DNA of 34,895 nucleotides from an uncultured Clostridia bacterium. GTDB taxonomy: Bacteria; Bacillota; Clostridia; Oscillospirales; CAG-272. Under the pieces are notes generated by a model. That model was given only the letters and a program-made list of their open reading frames with translations, searched no databases and had not been told where the DNA came from. A program made the position numbers and the translations under genes. Position 1 is the stretch's first letter; each line of letters starts with the position of its first letter. Shown here piece by piece: positions 24,707 to 34,487 of this stretch. The stretch lies in the NCBI GenBank assembly GCA_944384555.1, contig CALWTV010000267.1, forward strand, positions 1-34,895, in the 5' to 3' direction.

Positions 24707-25189
24707 TTATAATATTTTTTTCATGTTGCCACATGTAAAGGGAAAGAAATCATATTTTTTTACTCCAACATGAATCACACCGTTATGCTCATACCACTTG
24801 CGAAGAACTGTATTTTCTTCAACTATGTCTATATTAACAATTTTACACCCTGCATTTCGCGCGATATCAAAAGCATGATTTAGCAATTTTTTCCCGATTT
24901 CATTGTGTCTATATTCAGGCAATACCGCAAGATTATTAAGTTCACACTCTTCATTATTCTGAATAAGTAAAGAATAGTATCCACACAATATCATATTTTC
25001 CTCAAAGACATACATATGTCTATTCTCATTATCCATTTGCCAATATAATCTATCACTCGTAATTGCAAATGCAGTAAATCTTGGTGCATTTGCTTCTGTA
25101 AATCCCAATTCATTTGCTACTGTCATAAAACTATTTTTAATTAAATCCACACATACCGGTATATCTTCATGTTTTACTTCTCTTATCAT
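24707..25189 (-). CDS. GNAT family N-acetyltransferase
   Basis: About 160 aa. Acetyl-CoA motif A region (LAVLPEYRHNEIGKKLLNHA). ATG at 25189 lies 9 nt after GGAGA; the track start TTG 25207 is unlikely. Confidence 0.85.
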   Translation of the reverse strand: MIREVKHEDIPVCVDLIKNSFMTVANELGFTEANAPRFTAFAITSDRLYWQMDNENRHMYVFEENMILCGYYSLLIQNNEECELNNLAVLPEYRHNEIGKKLLNHAFDIARNAGCKIVNIDIVEENTVLRKWYEHNGVIHVGVKKYDFFPFTCGNMKKIL

Positions 25190-25311
25190 TATATTTATTC
25201 TCCACAACTTTTAAGTTTGTAGATTTGTATGCCATATTATAACCACTATAAATAAACTTTTATGTTATTTACTGTCAAGGATTTTGGATAGCTTAGAACA
25301 AATACTATTTT

Positions 25312-25566
25312 TTAATTATTTTTTGAATCAAAATCCGGAAATTCAACTGAGATTGATATATCAGCTGTATCAAAAGGTATTAATTTAGCTGGTGGCGATG
25401 GTATTCGTTTTAACGGGTCGTATAAGAAATTTTTGCAGCAGTATGTATCTTTTACTATGCCTTTTTTAGAACATAATACATATCCATTATCAGAATTTGC
25501 TAGAATAGTGGCACGTTCGCACTTCGCACATATTTTTTCAATATCAATTTCAGCTTTATTTTTCAT
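25312..25566 (-). CDS. small Cys-rich hypothetical protein (putative zinc-ribbon)
   Basis: 84 aa, CAKC-x15-C-x11-CC then YDPLKR. I recognise no family. Coding status rests on ORF length and position between genes. Confidence 0.45.
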   Translation of the reverse strand: MKNKAEIDIEKICAKCERATILANSDNGYVLCSKKGIVKDTYCCKNFLYDPLKRIPSPPAKLIPFDTADISISVEFPDFDSKNN

Positions 25567-25619
25567 TTCTATATTCCTTATTAAAATTTATGTTTAATAT
25601 AATTATACCATTTATTATT

Positions 25620-26729
25620 TTATTTTTCCAGTGATTTTGATTTATTTTTAAGTAAAAAAGAGGCAAGAATTATAGTTATCTCAATAGCAGTTATTACAAG
25701 TGTTAAAATATTATAATCATGATAATTTGTACCGCCAATTGTACTGATTGAAGCCATATTTATTTTTAAGCTAAAATCGGTAAATATCATAACTAAAGCG
25801 GTAAATATAGCACATAATATTCCGCAAAGTATTTTACCGTATATATAAAATTTCATTGAAAGTCCAGTTACGTTTAAAATTGAGGCCACTTGAAAATGTA
25901 CTGATAGACCAGACCAGCCTATTGCAAAAGCGGTAATCAAGGAAGCAAATATATAATTGTTTGATGACGACGCAGTAAAGCAGGCGCGGCTGAATTCAAA
26001 AAACACACATATTGTTGAAATCATGTTATCAGATAATACAAAATAAAATTTTTGTATAATTAAATCTATTATTACTGAAAAAAATATGATAAATCCGCAA
26101 ACCGAAACTATATTTAACGAACTATCATGGATTGCTGAAGAAAGGGCAGACGGAAAACTTTGAACTTTCGGTTTATCATTTGTAATATTAAAATCATCAG
26201 AATTTTTAGGAGAGTTTTTATTAATAAATCCCCAAATTATCCCTACTGAGAATGCGCAAAATATCTGAATAAAATACAGCATTATCCCAAAAGCTGCGTT
26301 TTTCCAAAGTGACACTCCAACAGTTCCGATAAGAAATGCTGGACTTGTATTATTGCAGAATGATATTAATCTTTCGGCTTCATTTTTATTTATGTATCCG
26401 TTTAAATAAAGCTCACAGGCGCATTTTGCTCCTACCGGAAATCCGCACATACTTCCGAGGATTACAGCTGAGGCGGACACTCCGGAAATTTTAAAAATAA
26501 ATTTAAAAGGACGCTCAAATATCTTGCCTAAAAATACAGCTCCTCCAGTACGTATTATAAGAGAAGACATTACCATAAAAGGAAACAATGACGGAACTAT
26601 TTTAAATGCACACATTTTAATTGAGGAGCTTATGGAATCAATTAGGGTCTGTGGTTGTGACAGCATTAAAAACACTGCGGACAATGTAAGTATACTTATT
26701 GTATATTCGCTTATCTGAAATTTTTTCAT
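25620..26729 (-). CDS. ylbJ: sporulation integral membrane protein YlbJ (nucleoside-recognition/Gate domain)
   Basis: Polytopic membrane protein. VPSLFPFMV...GFPVGAK...FCNNTSPAFLIG matches the YlbJ pattern. ATG 26729 lies 7 nt after GGTGA. Confidence 0.7.
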   Translation of the reverse strand: MKKFQISEYTISILTLSAVFLMLSQPQTLIDSISSSIKMCAFKIVPSLFPFMVMSSLIIRTGGAVFLGKIFERPFKFIFKISGVSASAVILGSMCGFPVGAKCACELYLNGYINKNEAERLISFCNNTSPAFLIGTVGVSLWKNAAFGIMLYFIQIFCAFSVGIIWGFINKNSPKNSDDFNITNDKPKVQSFPSALSSAIHDSSLNIVSVCGFIIFFSVIIDLIIQKFYFVLSDNMISTICVFFEFSRACFTASSSNNYIFASLITAFAIGWSGLSVHFQVASILNVTGLSMKFYIYGKILCGILCAIFTALVMIFTDFSLKINMASISTIGGTNYHDYNILTLVITAIEITIILASFLLKNKSKSLEK

Positions 26730-26886
26730 AAATATATCACCGCCGTTACTAATCATAAACAAAGTACCAGATAAATATTTATCTGAACTCTGATTAAATT
26801 ATTAATTAAATCCCGCACTGCCGCATAATATTTTAACATCACGGGTATACGCTAACAGTATATTAAAAAGTGCAGGTGATTAGAAT

Positions 26887-27240
26887 TTGAAGCGTAAAAA
26901 ACATATAAATCAAGAATATTTGCCCCGTATTACAGAATATATAAGCCGTAAATTTGATTTGCCGATAGATGAAATTTCAAATATTCCCACAGTAGAAATA
27001 AAAAATGACAGTGAGGTATATGTGTGCGGCTGTATAGGAATAGAAAAATATGAATCTGAAATAATTATTCTCAGAATGAAAAAATGTCCTTTAACAATAC
27101 TCGGTAAGGGTATGTATCTTCACACTTTTACAGATATGCGGCTTTCCGTATACGGCAGAATAAACGCAGTAATATGGGGGAAAAACGTAAAAGACAGCCT
27201 GATGACTGTGACTGATTATACGGAGGATAATGAAAACTAA
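26887..27240 (+). CDS. yqfC: sporulation protein YqfC (YabP/YqfC family)
   Basis: 117 aa, located immediately upstream of yqfD with a TAATG stop/start overlap. The segment ...I..I..(y)(e)(s)E.I.l... is typical of the YabP family. TTG start 6 nt after AGGTGA. Confidence 0.65.
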   Translation: MKRKKHINQEYLPRITEYISRKFDLPIDEISNIPTVEIKNDSEVYVCGCIGIEKYESEIIILRMKKCPLTILGKGMYLHTFTDMRLSVYGRINAVIWGKNVKDSLMTVTDYTEDNEN

Positions 27241-28457
27241 TGCTTGGAATTATAAATTATTTTACCGGCTGGCATGATGTGACCATTCCTGCGGTTTCAA
27301 AAGAAACGGTTTTGACTTTTATGCTTTGCGGCGATTACGTATATTGGAATATGCGCAATAATGACGATGGTTCGATATCGTTTCGATTGCTGCACTGCGA
27401 TACTGATAAATTCACTGAAACTTGCAAAAAAAATTCCGTTGATGTAAAAATTGAACCGTTAAGAGGATTTCCGCGACTTATTATAAAATACAAAAAGCGA
27501 GTCGGACTATTAATTGGTATTTTAATGTTTGTTTTTTTAGTTCAGGTATCTTCTTTATTTATTTGGGAAGTTTCCGTTAGCGGAAATGAAAAAGTAACTG
27601 ATGATGAAATAATAGAGCTGTTGAACGAGCTTGGCTGTGGCGTAGGCTCGTATATTCCGTCTATAAATTTTGACCGTGTTCATAATGCGTTTCTGATGAA
27701 ATCCGAAAACATTGCATGGATATCTGTTAATCTGCGCGGCACTGTTGCAAATGTAGAGGTTAGGGAAATTATGTTTGGTCAGAACAGTGATGATAAGGAT
27801 TCAGTGACCTATTCAAATATTGTTGCGTCAGAGGACGGTCAGATTGAACTTATTGATACATATCAGGGAAGGGCGGTTGTAAACATAGGGGATTCCGTAC
27901 AGAAGGGAGACCTTTTAATAAGCGGAGTTCTTGATAACCAAACAATCGGACTTAGATATAAATCGGCAGATGGAAAAGTTTTTGCGAGAGTTAATAAAAA
28001 AATAGTGGTAGAAATTCCTAAAAAATATACACAAAAAGTCTATACTGGAAAATCTAAAACTCTTACAAGTGTAAAAATTTTCGGAAAATCAATAAATCTT
28101 TTTATAAACAGTGGAAATTTGAGTGCGACTTGTGATAAAATAATAAGGGAAGAAAAGCTGAATTTTTTTGGGACTATATCTGTGCCGGTAGTTATCGTTT
28201 CAGAAACATACAACGAATATGAAGAAAAAACAGTTATACTTGATGAAAACGAAATCGTTGACCGTGCTTTAAAGGAGCTTAGGGTTAAAACAGATGAGGC
28301 GCTTGAAAACGCTGAGCTTTTAGAGCGTACAATTAATTCGTTTTATGACGGGGAGGTGTATCGTATAGAGTGTTTGCTTTACTGTCTTGAAGATATAGCT
28401 GTGTCAAAACCTTTTGAGGTTTCGGAAAATTCTGCTTCGGATACCGCGGAGCAATAA
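27240..28457 (+). CDS. yqfD: sporulation protein YqfD
   Basis: 405 aa with a single TM (LLIGILMFVFLVQV). VSGNEKVTDDEIIELLNELG...IAWISVNLRGTVANVEVRE matches the YqfD pattern. Synteny with phoH-ybeY-era is conserved. Confidence 0.75.
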   Translation: MLGIINYFTGWHDVTIPAVSKETVLTFMLCGDYVYWNMRNNDDGSISFRLLHCDTDKFTETCKKNSVDVKIEPLRGFPRLIIKYKKRVGLLIGILMFVFLVQVSSLFIWEVSVSGNEKVTDDEIIELLNELGCGVGSYIPSINFDRVHNAFLMKSENIAWISVNLRGTVANVEVREIMFGQNSDDKDSVTYSNIVASEDGQIELIDTYQGRAVVNIGDSVQKGDLLISGVLDNQTIGLRYKSADGKVFARVNKKIVVEIPKKYTQKVYTGKSKTLTSVKIFGKSINLFINSGNLSATCDKIIREEKLNFFGTISVPVVIVSETYNEYEEKTVILDENEIVDRALKELRVKTDEALENAELLERTINSFYDGEVYRIECLLYCLEDIAVSKPFEVSENSASDTAEQ

Positions 28458-28491
28458 AAAATATTTAGTAAGGATGATATAATTATTTCGT

Positions 28492-29535
28492 ATGACAGAG
28501 AAAATTATAACAACAAAATCAAGTGATATTACATCAACAATTTTTGGAAGCTATGATTCAAACGTGCGTATGCTCGAAGATACTTTTTCAGTCAAAATCT
28601 TTAATCGTTCCTCTGATATTGATTTAGGTGACACTATTCATGTTACAGGTGAAAATTCATCTATGGTAGATAAAGCCGCAGAAGCCATTGAATATATGAA
28701 AAAAATGGCGGCACTTAATGAAAATTTAAGCGAACAAAGCGTAAATTATGTCATTGATATGGTAAACGAAGGCAAGGGAAGCGAGCTTGAGGCACTTGAT
28801 GATGACTGTGTATGTGTTACTGTAAAAGGAAAACCTATAAAAGCTAAAACTATAGGTCAAAAAAAATATGTAGACGCGATAAAAAATAATACAATAGTAC
28901 TCGGAATAGGACCTGCTGGAACCGGAAAAACGTTTCTTGCGGTAGCAATGGCGGTAAAAGCTCTGCGCGAAAAAGAAGTGAGCCGTATTATTCTTACCCG
29001 TCCTGCGGTTGAAGCCGGTGAGCGGCTCGGATTTTTACCGGGCGATTTGCAGAGTAAAATTGACCCTTATTTGCGCCCCCTTTATGACGCTCTATATGAA
29101 ATGCTTGGCGCTGAAAATTGTGCGCGTCATATGGAGAGATTGACTATTGAGATAGCTCCACTTGCTTATATGCGCGGACGTACGCTTGATGATTCATTTA
29201 TTATTCTTGACGAAGCGCAAAATACTACACCTGAACAGATGAAAATGTTTTTAACCCGATTGGGATATAATTCGAAAGCGGTTGTTACCGGAGATCTTAC
29301 TCAGACTGACTTGCCGTTTGGTAAAAAAAGCGGACTTGCCGCCGCGGAAAAAATCCTTGACGGAATAGAGGATATAAAGATTCATAAATTTACTGAAAAA
29401 GATGTCGTTCGTCATAAGCTCGTTCAAAAAATAATTCTTGCATACGAAAAATATGAGCGTGAAAAAATAAGAGAACGTGATTTTAAATCAGATGCAAAAT
29501 TTAAAATTAAAAAAATGGGAGGCAAAAAAATTTAA
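28492..29535 (+). CDS. phoH: PhoH family ATPase
   Basis: 347 aa. Walker A GPAGTGKT, Walker B ILDEAQN, and the conserved TGD.TQ.DLP segment. Confidence 0.9.
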   Translation: MTEKIITTKSSDITSTIFGSYDSNVRMLEDTFSVKIFNRSSDIDLGDTIHVTGENSSMVDKAAEAIEYMKKMAALNENLSEQSVNYVIDMVNEGKGSELEALDDDCVCVTVKGKPIKAKTIGQKKYVDAIKNNTIVLGIGPAGTGKTFLAVAMAVKALREKEVSRIILTRPAVEAGERLGFLPGDLQSKIDPYLRPLYDALYEMLGAENCARHMERLTIEIAPLAYMRGRTLDDSFIILDEAQNTTPEQMKMFLTRLGYNSKAVVTGDLTQTDLPFGKKSGLAAAEKILDGIEDIKIHKFTEKDVVRHKLVQKIILAYEKYEREKIRERDFKSDAKFKIKKMGGKKI

Positions 29536-29538
29536 ATT

Positions 29539-30024
29539 ATGAAACTTACGGTAGATTTCTGCAATGAACAAAATATTGTTCCCATTAGAAAAAGTTTCAA
29601 GCTTGTGCTTGAGCGTGCAATCAGGGAAACTCTCGCAAGTGAACGTTTTCCATATGATTCCGAGGTATCAGTAACATTTGTAGATAACGAGGAAATAAAA
29701 CGGCTTAATAATGAGTACCGTAATAAAGACTGCCCGACAGACGTGCTTTCTTTTCCGCTTTATGATTTTACAGATGATGATGTTGTTATTGAAAAAAATG
29801 AGCCGGTTGCACTTGGTGATATTGTAATTTCACTTGAGCAGGCGCAAATTCAGGCTGCCGAAATCGGTCATGGTGTATTGCGAGAAACTGTTTTTCTGTG
29901 TATTCATTCAATGCTCCATCTGCTTGGATATGACCATGAATTATCTGATGAAGATGATGAAAATATGCAATTTCATCAGAAAAAAATAATGGAACGATTA
30001 AATTACGGCATTATGAAATGTTAG
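29539..30024 (+). CDS. ybeY: rRNA maturation endoribonuclease YbeY
   Basis: 161 aa. Zinc motif HSMLHLLGYDH and the TDVLSFP segment. Confidence 0.9.
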   Translation: MKLTVDFCNEQNIVPIRKSFKLVLERAIRETLASERFPYDSEVSVTFVDNEEIKRLNNEYRNKDCPTDVLSFPLYDFTDDDVVIEKNEPVALGDIVISLEQAQIQAAEIGHGVLRETVFLCIHSMLHLLGYDHELSDEDDENMQFHQKKIMERLNYGIMKC

Positions 30025-30099
30025 ACAATTGAATAATATTACTGAAAAATATATTAAAGACAAATGTATAAAAGAAAGGCGCTTGAAAAAAGAAAAAAT

Positions 30100-30993
30100 A
30101 TGAAAAAAACAGCATTTATTGCGATTGTTGGACGTCCTAATGTGGGCAAATCAACGTTGCTGAACGCTATGATAGGTGAGAAAATTGCAATTGTTTCAAG
30201 TAAACCACAGACTACAAGAAACAGAATTACAGGAATTTTGACAATTGACGAAAATCAATTTGTGTTTCTAGATACCCCCGGTATTCATAAACCTCGTACA
30301 AGACTTGGTGATTATATGATGAAAACTGCAAACAGTACGATAGGTGCATCTGACGCAGTTATACTTATAGCAGAGGCGGATAAAAGCGTTGGTGAAATCG
30401 AGCGTTCAATTATTGAGCAAATAAAAGCGAGCGGACTGCCTTGCATGCTTGTACTTAATAAAGTCGATATCACAAATGCAGAAAGACTTGCAAAAACAAT
30501 AACAGAATATGCTTCACTTCATGATTTTGATGCCGTCGTTCCTGTATCTGCTTTAAAAAATAAAGATGTTGATACTGTTATTAAAGAAGCGGAAAAATTT
30601 TTACATGAAAGTCAGTGGTTCTTTTCTGAAGATATGGTTACCGACCAGCCGGAACGTCAAATTGCCGCGGAAATAATCAGAGAAAAAATTCTTCGTATGT
30701 TATCTGATGAAATACCTCACGGAACTGCTGTTGTAATAGAGGATTTTAAGGAAGAACCTAAAATTATCAAAATACGTGCCGAGATATACTGCGAGAGAAA
30801 TTCTCATAAAGGCATTATTGTTGGTAAAAACGGTGACACTCTTAAAACTATTGGCACATATGCCCGTGAAGATTTAGAAAATTTCTTTGGAATTAAAGTT
30901 TATTTAAATTTGTGGGTTAAAGTTAAGGAAAAATGGCGCGATAGTCAGGCAAATCTTAATAATTTCGGTTATGATTTGCGCGATTTAGATTGA
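30100..30993 (+). CDS. era: GTPase Era
   Basis: G1 GRPNVGKST, G3 DTPG, G4 NKVD, and a C-terminal KH domain (KGIIVGKNG). The ATG at 30100 gives the usual short N-terminus. The track ORF begins 12 codons earlier at 30064. Confidence 0.9.
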   Translation: MKKTAFIAIVGRPNVGKSTLLNAMIGEKIAIVSSKPQTTRNRITGILTIDENQFVFLDTPGIHKPRTRLGDYMMKTANSTIGASDAVILIAEADKSVGEIERSIIEQIKASGLPCMLVLNKVDITNAERLAKTITEYASLHDFDAVVPVSALKNKDVDTVIKEAEKFLHESQWFFSEDMVTDQPERQIAAEIIREKILRMLSDEIPHGTAVVIEDFKEEPKIIKIRAEIYCERNSHKGIIVGKNGDTLKTIGTYAREDLENFFGIKVYLNLWVKVKEKWRDSQANLNNFGYDLRDLD

Positions 30994-30997
30994 TTTT

Positions 30998-31807
30998 ATG
31001 GAAACTGTTACCGTAAACGGACTTGTGGTTCGTGAAACCGCAGTGGGCGAATCTGATAAAATTTTATCGGTGTTGACTGGAGAATACGGAAAAATTGCAG
31101 TATCGGCAAAAGGAAGCAAAAGTCTGCGCAGCCGTCATATGACAACAACTCAGCTGTTTTGTTACAGTTCGTTTACTTTATATCATCGAGGCGAATATTA
31201 TTATATAAATGACAGCGAGCTTTTAGAAGCATTTTTTGAAATACGTGCTGATATAGTTAGTTTGGCACTTGCCAATTATATATGTGAAGCAGCATCTTCT
31301 GTTACTGTAGAAAATATGGAAAGCAGTGATATACTTCGTCTCGCATTAAACACACTTTATGCGATGTCAAAACGAAACAGGCAAATGTCTATAATAAAAG
31401 GAGCATATGAATTACGGCTTGCTTGTTTATCTGGATTTGCGCCAAATCTTGTAGCGTGTTCGGAATGTGCGGCGTATTCATCACCGATTATGTTTCTTGA
31501 TATAATGAACGGCTCATTATTGTGCGGGGAGTGTCATAAACTTTATAGTGAAAGTTCTGATACCGAAATGGATACGCCTGAAACTGAATACGCAGACGGT
31601 GGATTTTTTAAAATAATGGTGCCGATATCAGAAGCTGTTTTGTCAGCTATGAGATATGTAATATATTCAAAGCCTGAAAAATTCCTTTCATTTATGCTTG
31701 ATGAAAGTGAAATTAAATCTTTTGCCGATATTTGCGAAAAATATTTATTAAATCATCTTCAGCGCGGATTTTATTCACTGGATTTTTATAAATCAGTAGC
31801 TGATTAG
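30998..31807 (+). CDS. recO: DNA repair protein RecO
   Basis: 269 aa. N-terminal OB fold (GLVVRETAVGESDKIL) and a CxxC...CxxC zinc motif (CSEC...CGEC). Position after era is conserved. Confidence 0.85.
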   Translation: METVTVNGLVVRETAVGESDKILSVLTGEYGKIAVSAKGSKSLRSRHMTTTQLFCYSSFTLYHRGEYYYINDSELLEAFFEIRADIVSLALANYICEAASSVTVENMESSDILRLALNTLYAMSKRNRQMSIIKGAYELRLACLSGFAPNLVACSECAAYSSPIMFLDIMNGSLLCGECHKLYSESSDTEMDTPETEYADGGFFKIMVPISEAVLSAMRYVIYSKPEKFLSFMLDESEIKSFADICEKYLLNHLQRGFYSLDFYKSVAD

Positions 31808-31836
31808 GATTTATGTGTATGTGCTTTTATAATCTA

Positions 31837-31861
31837 TTAATGTAGTAAAATTCTACATTAA
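31837..31861 (+). terminator. hairpin after recO (weak terminator candidate)
   Basis: TTAATGTAG (31837-31845) pairs with CTACATTAA (31853-31861). The downstream region is only moderately T-rich. Confidence 0.3.
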
Positions 31862-31945
31862 CTTATAACTTTATTTCCACGGTAATTTATAATCATTATA
31901 AGTAAAATTTAAGACGATAAAATTTATAAAATGTGTGTGTGAAAA

Positions 31946-34339
31946 ATGAAAAATATTGAAAAATCTATAAAAACTCTTGAGTTCGACGTCATTCTTGAAA
32001 TGCTTGCCGAACTCGCCCCTACAGAAGGTTCCGCTCAATTAGCAAGAGCTCTACGCCCCTCTTCTGACCCTGATGTGGTTGTGCTTAGACAAAGACATAC
32101 TTCCGATGCTAAAAGACTTGCAGGTATAAAAGGAATGCCGAGCTTCGGAAGAGTAAAAGATATTTCGGATTCCGCCGAACGTGCATATAAAGGAGCCGCT
32201 TTATCTATGCGCGAACTTCTTGATATTGCAGCAGTATTAAAAACTTCAAGATTACTAGTTGAATATATTAAAACTGACCACAATTTCGAAACTTCACTTG
32301 ATGAAATTTTTGAGCGTCTTGTGCCCAATCATACACTCGAAAATAAGATTACACGTGCGATTATTTCCGAGGACATGATAGCCGATGACGCAAGCCCCGA
32401 ACTTGCGGATATCAGAAGAAAAATGCGCAACACCAGCAATAAAATCCGTGATTTGCTTCAAAAATATATTACAGGCGGAACGAATGCAAAATATCTTCAG
32501 GAAAATATAGTTACCACAAGAAACGGACGCTATGTAATCCCTGTAAAAGCTGAATATAAAAATGAAGTAAAGGGTCTTGTTCATGATACCTCAGCGTCAG
32601 GCGCGACTCTGTTTATTGAGCCGATGTCGGTGCTTGAAGCAAACAATGAGCTGCGCACGCTTGAATCAAACGAAGCGCATGAAATTGAGCGCATACTTTT
32701 GGAATTGTCCGCAATGTGCGGAGATTTTGCCGAAGGACTTCGTTTCAATTATAAAAATATTACTGAACTGGCATTTTATTTTACATGTTCTGAATTATCA
32801 TACAAAATGAAAGCGGTTCAGCCAAAGCTCAGTGGTGATAGAACGTATTCTCTTTATAAAGCGCGCCACCCATTGCTCGATAGTGAAAAGGTTGTGCCAA
32901 TTGATATTTTTCTTGGCGGTGAATACCGTATGCTCGTTGTTACAGGTCCTAATACAGGCGGTAAAACGGTTACTCTCAAAACTTTGGGACTGTTTGCTTT
33001 TATGGCTCAGTCCGGATTGCATATTCCGGCAGAAGAACCATCAAGCATATGTTTATTTGACCAAGTGCTTGCCGATATCGGTGATGAACAGAGCATTGAG
33101 CAGTCACTTTCTACATTCTCATCTCATATGGTCGGCATTGTATCAATAATGGACAAGCTAACAGATAAGTCACTTGTGGTGTTTGATGAACTGGGAGCCG
33201 GTACAGACCCGGTAGAAGGAGCGGCTCTTGCGATTTCAATACTTGAACAGGTTCTTGAAAAAGGTGCTATGTGTGCGGCAACTACCCATTATGCGGAACT
33301 TAAAGCGTTTGCGCTTGAAACAGAAGGTGTAAGAAATGCGTCATGTGAATTTGATGTAGAAACACTTCGTCCGACATATAAACTTATAATCGGAACTCCC
33401 GGAAAATCGAATGCGTTCGCTATTTCTGAAAAATTAGGTCTCAGCGATAAAATAGTAAACCGTGCAAGGGAACTTGTAAACAGCGACAATAAAAATTTTG
33501 AATATGTTATTGAAAAACTTGAAGCTACCCGCATGGAAATGGAACGTGAACGTGATGAAGCAGCGCGGCTTAAATCAGAGTTTGAGCAGTTTAAAACAGA
33601 GGCTGAAACCGAGCTTAACCGACAGCTGAATAATGCAAAGCGTGACGCTGAAAAAGCAAAACAGCAGGCGCAGCAAATATTAAGCGGAGCTAAAGCGACA
33701 AGTGAATTTATTTTAAATCAGCTTGATGAAATAAAAAAACAGCAAGATGAAGAAAATTTTGGAGCAAAGCTTGCAGCTGCTAAAAAGGCAATACGTGCGC
33801 AGCTTAAATTTGGTGATGATATTTATAATCCCGTTGAAGACATTGACGAAGATTATGTTCTTCCGCGCCCTGTTAAGAAAGGCGACGAGGTAATAATCAG
33901 AAATCTCGGAAAACGAGGCGTAGTTATTGATGAGCCGGATAAAAACGGAAACGTCACTATAAGAGCCGGAGCAGTTAAAACACGTACAAAAATTGAGAAC
34001 CTCAGATTGATTGAAAATAGTGACAAGCATTCTAAGCCTGAGCAAAAAGATAAAAATTCTGTTGGTGGTTCGTACAGAACTAAAATTAGCCGAGATTTCA
34101 AAACAGAACTTGATGTGCGCGGAATGACTGGAGATGATGCTTGGTTTATGGTGGACAAATATCTTGACGAAGCTAATGTTGCCGGTATCAGCAGCGTTAC
34201 TATCATTCACGGAAAAGGTACGGGCGCGCTCAGACTCGCACTTTGGGGTTATTTCAAAAAAGACCCCCGCGTTAAAAATTTCCGAAGTGGTGCATTCGGT
34301 GAAGGCGATTACGGAGTTACCGTGATTGAATTAAAATAG
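31946..34339 (+). CDS. mutS2: endonuclease MutS2 (MutS domain plus C-terminal Smr)
   Basis: 797 aa. Walker A GPNTGGKT, DELGAGTDP, a central coiled coil, and a C-terminal Smr domain (LDVRGM...IIHGKGTGALR). Confidence 0.9.
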   Translation: MKNIEKSIKTLEFDVILEMLAELAPTEGSAQLARALRPSSDPDVVVLRQRHTSDAKRLAGIKGMPSFGRVKDISDSAERAYKGAALSMRELLDIAAVLKTSRLLVEYIKTDHNFETSLDEIFERLVPNHTLENKITRAIISEDMIADDASPELADIRRKMRNTSNKIRDLLQKYITGGTNAKYLQENIVTTRNGRYVIPVKAEYKNEVKGLVHDTSASGATLFIEPMSVLEANNELRTLESNEAHEIERILLELSAMCGDFAEGLRFNYKNITELAFYFTCSELSYKMKAVQPKLSGDRTYSLYKARHPLLDSEKVVPIDIFLGGEYRMLVVTGPNTGGKTVTLKTLGLFAFMAQSGLHIPAEEPSSICLFDQVLADIGDEQSIEQSLSTFSSHMVGIVSIMDKLTDKSLVVFDELGAGTDPVEGAALAISILEQVLEKGAMCAATTHYAELKAFALETEGVRNASCEFDVETLRPTYKLIIGTPGKSNAFAISEKLGLSDKIVNRARELVNSDNKNFEYVIEKLEATRMEMERERDEAARLKSEFEQFKTEAETELNRQLNNAKRDAEKAKQQAQQILSGAKATSEFILNQLDEIKKQQDEENFGAKLAAAKKAIRAQLKFGDDIYNPVEDIDEDYVLPRPVKKGDEVIIRNLGKRGVVIDEPDKNGNVTIRAGAVKTRTKIENLRLIENSDKHSKPEQKDKNSVGGSYRTKISRDFKTELDVRGMTGDDAWFMVDKYLDEANVAGISSVTIIHGKGTGALRLALWGYFKKDPRVKNFRSGAFGEGDYGVTVIELK

Positions 34340-34459
34340 TAACAGTAATAATTAAACAATATTTATGTGATATTTATAAATATATCACATCTAAAAAATT
34401 TTTTTAGAAATTTTTATCTATATTTTTTACAATAACCGTACTGTTTTTCAAAAAAACTC

Positions 34460-34487
34460 TTGAATAAAGCAACATTCATGGTATAAT
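34460..34487 (+). promoter_or_regulatory. sigma-A type promoter (TTGAAT-16 nt-TATAAT, extended TGn -10)
   Basis: TTGAAT at 34460-34465, TGG then TATAAT at 34482-34487. It lies about 120 nt upstream of the rhaB start. Confidence 0.55.

Noticed and set aside
27365-27390. GGTTCGAT-like string resembling a tRNA T-arm.
   Set aside because: It lies inside the yqfD coding frame, and no acceptor or anticodon stems can be drawn around it.
31932-31941. (TG)5 dinucleotide run immediately upstream of the mutS2 start, as a possible phase-variation tract.
   Set aside because: Five units is too short for efficient slipped-strand variation. It lies outside the coding frame. The 3-codon ATG-TGT-GTG-TGA uORF does not overlap the mutS2 start.
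33713-34210. 165-aa and 117-aa minus-strand ORFs inside mutS2.
   Set aside because: These are shadow ORFs antisense to the well-supported MutS2 Smr/coiled-coil region.
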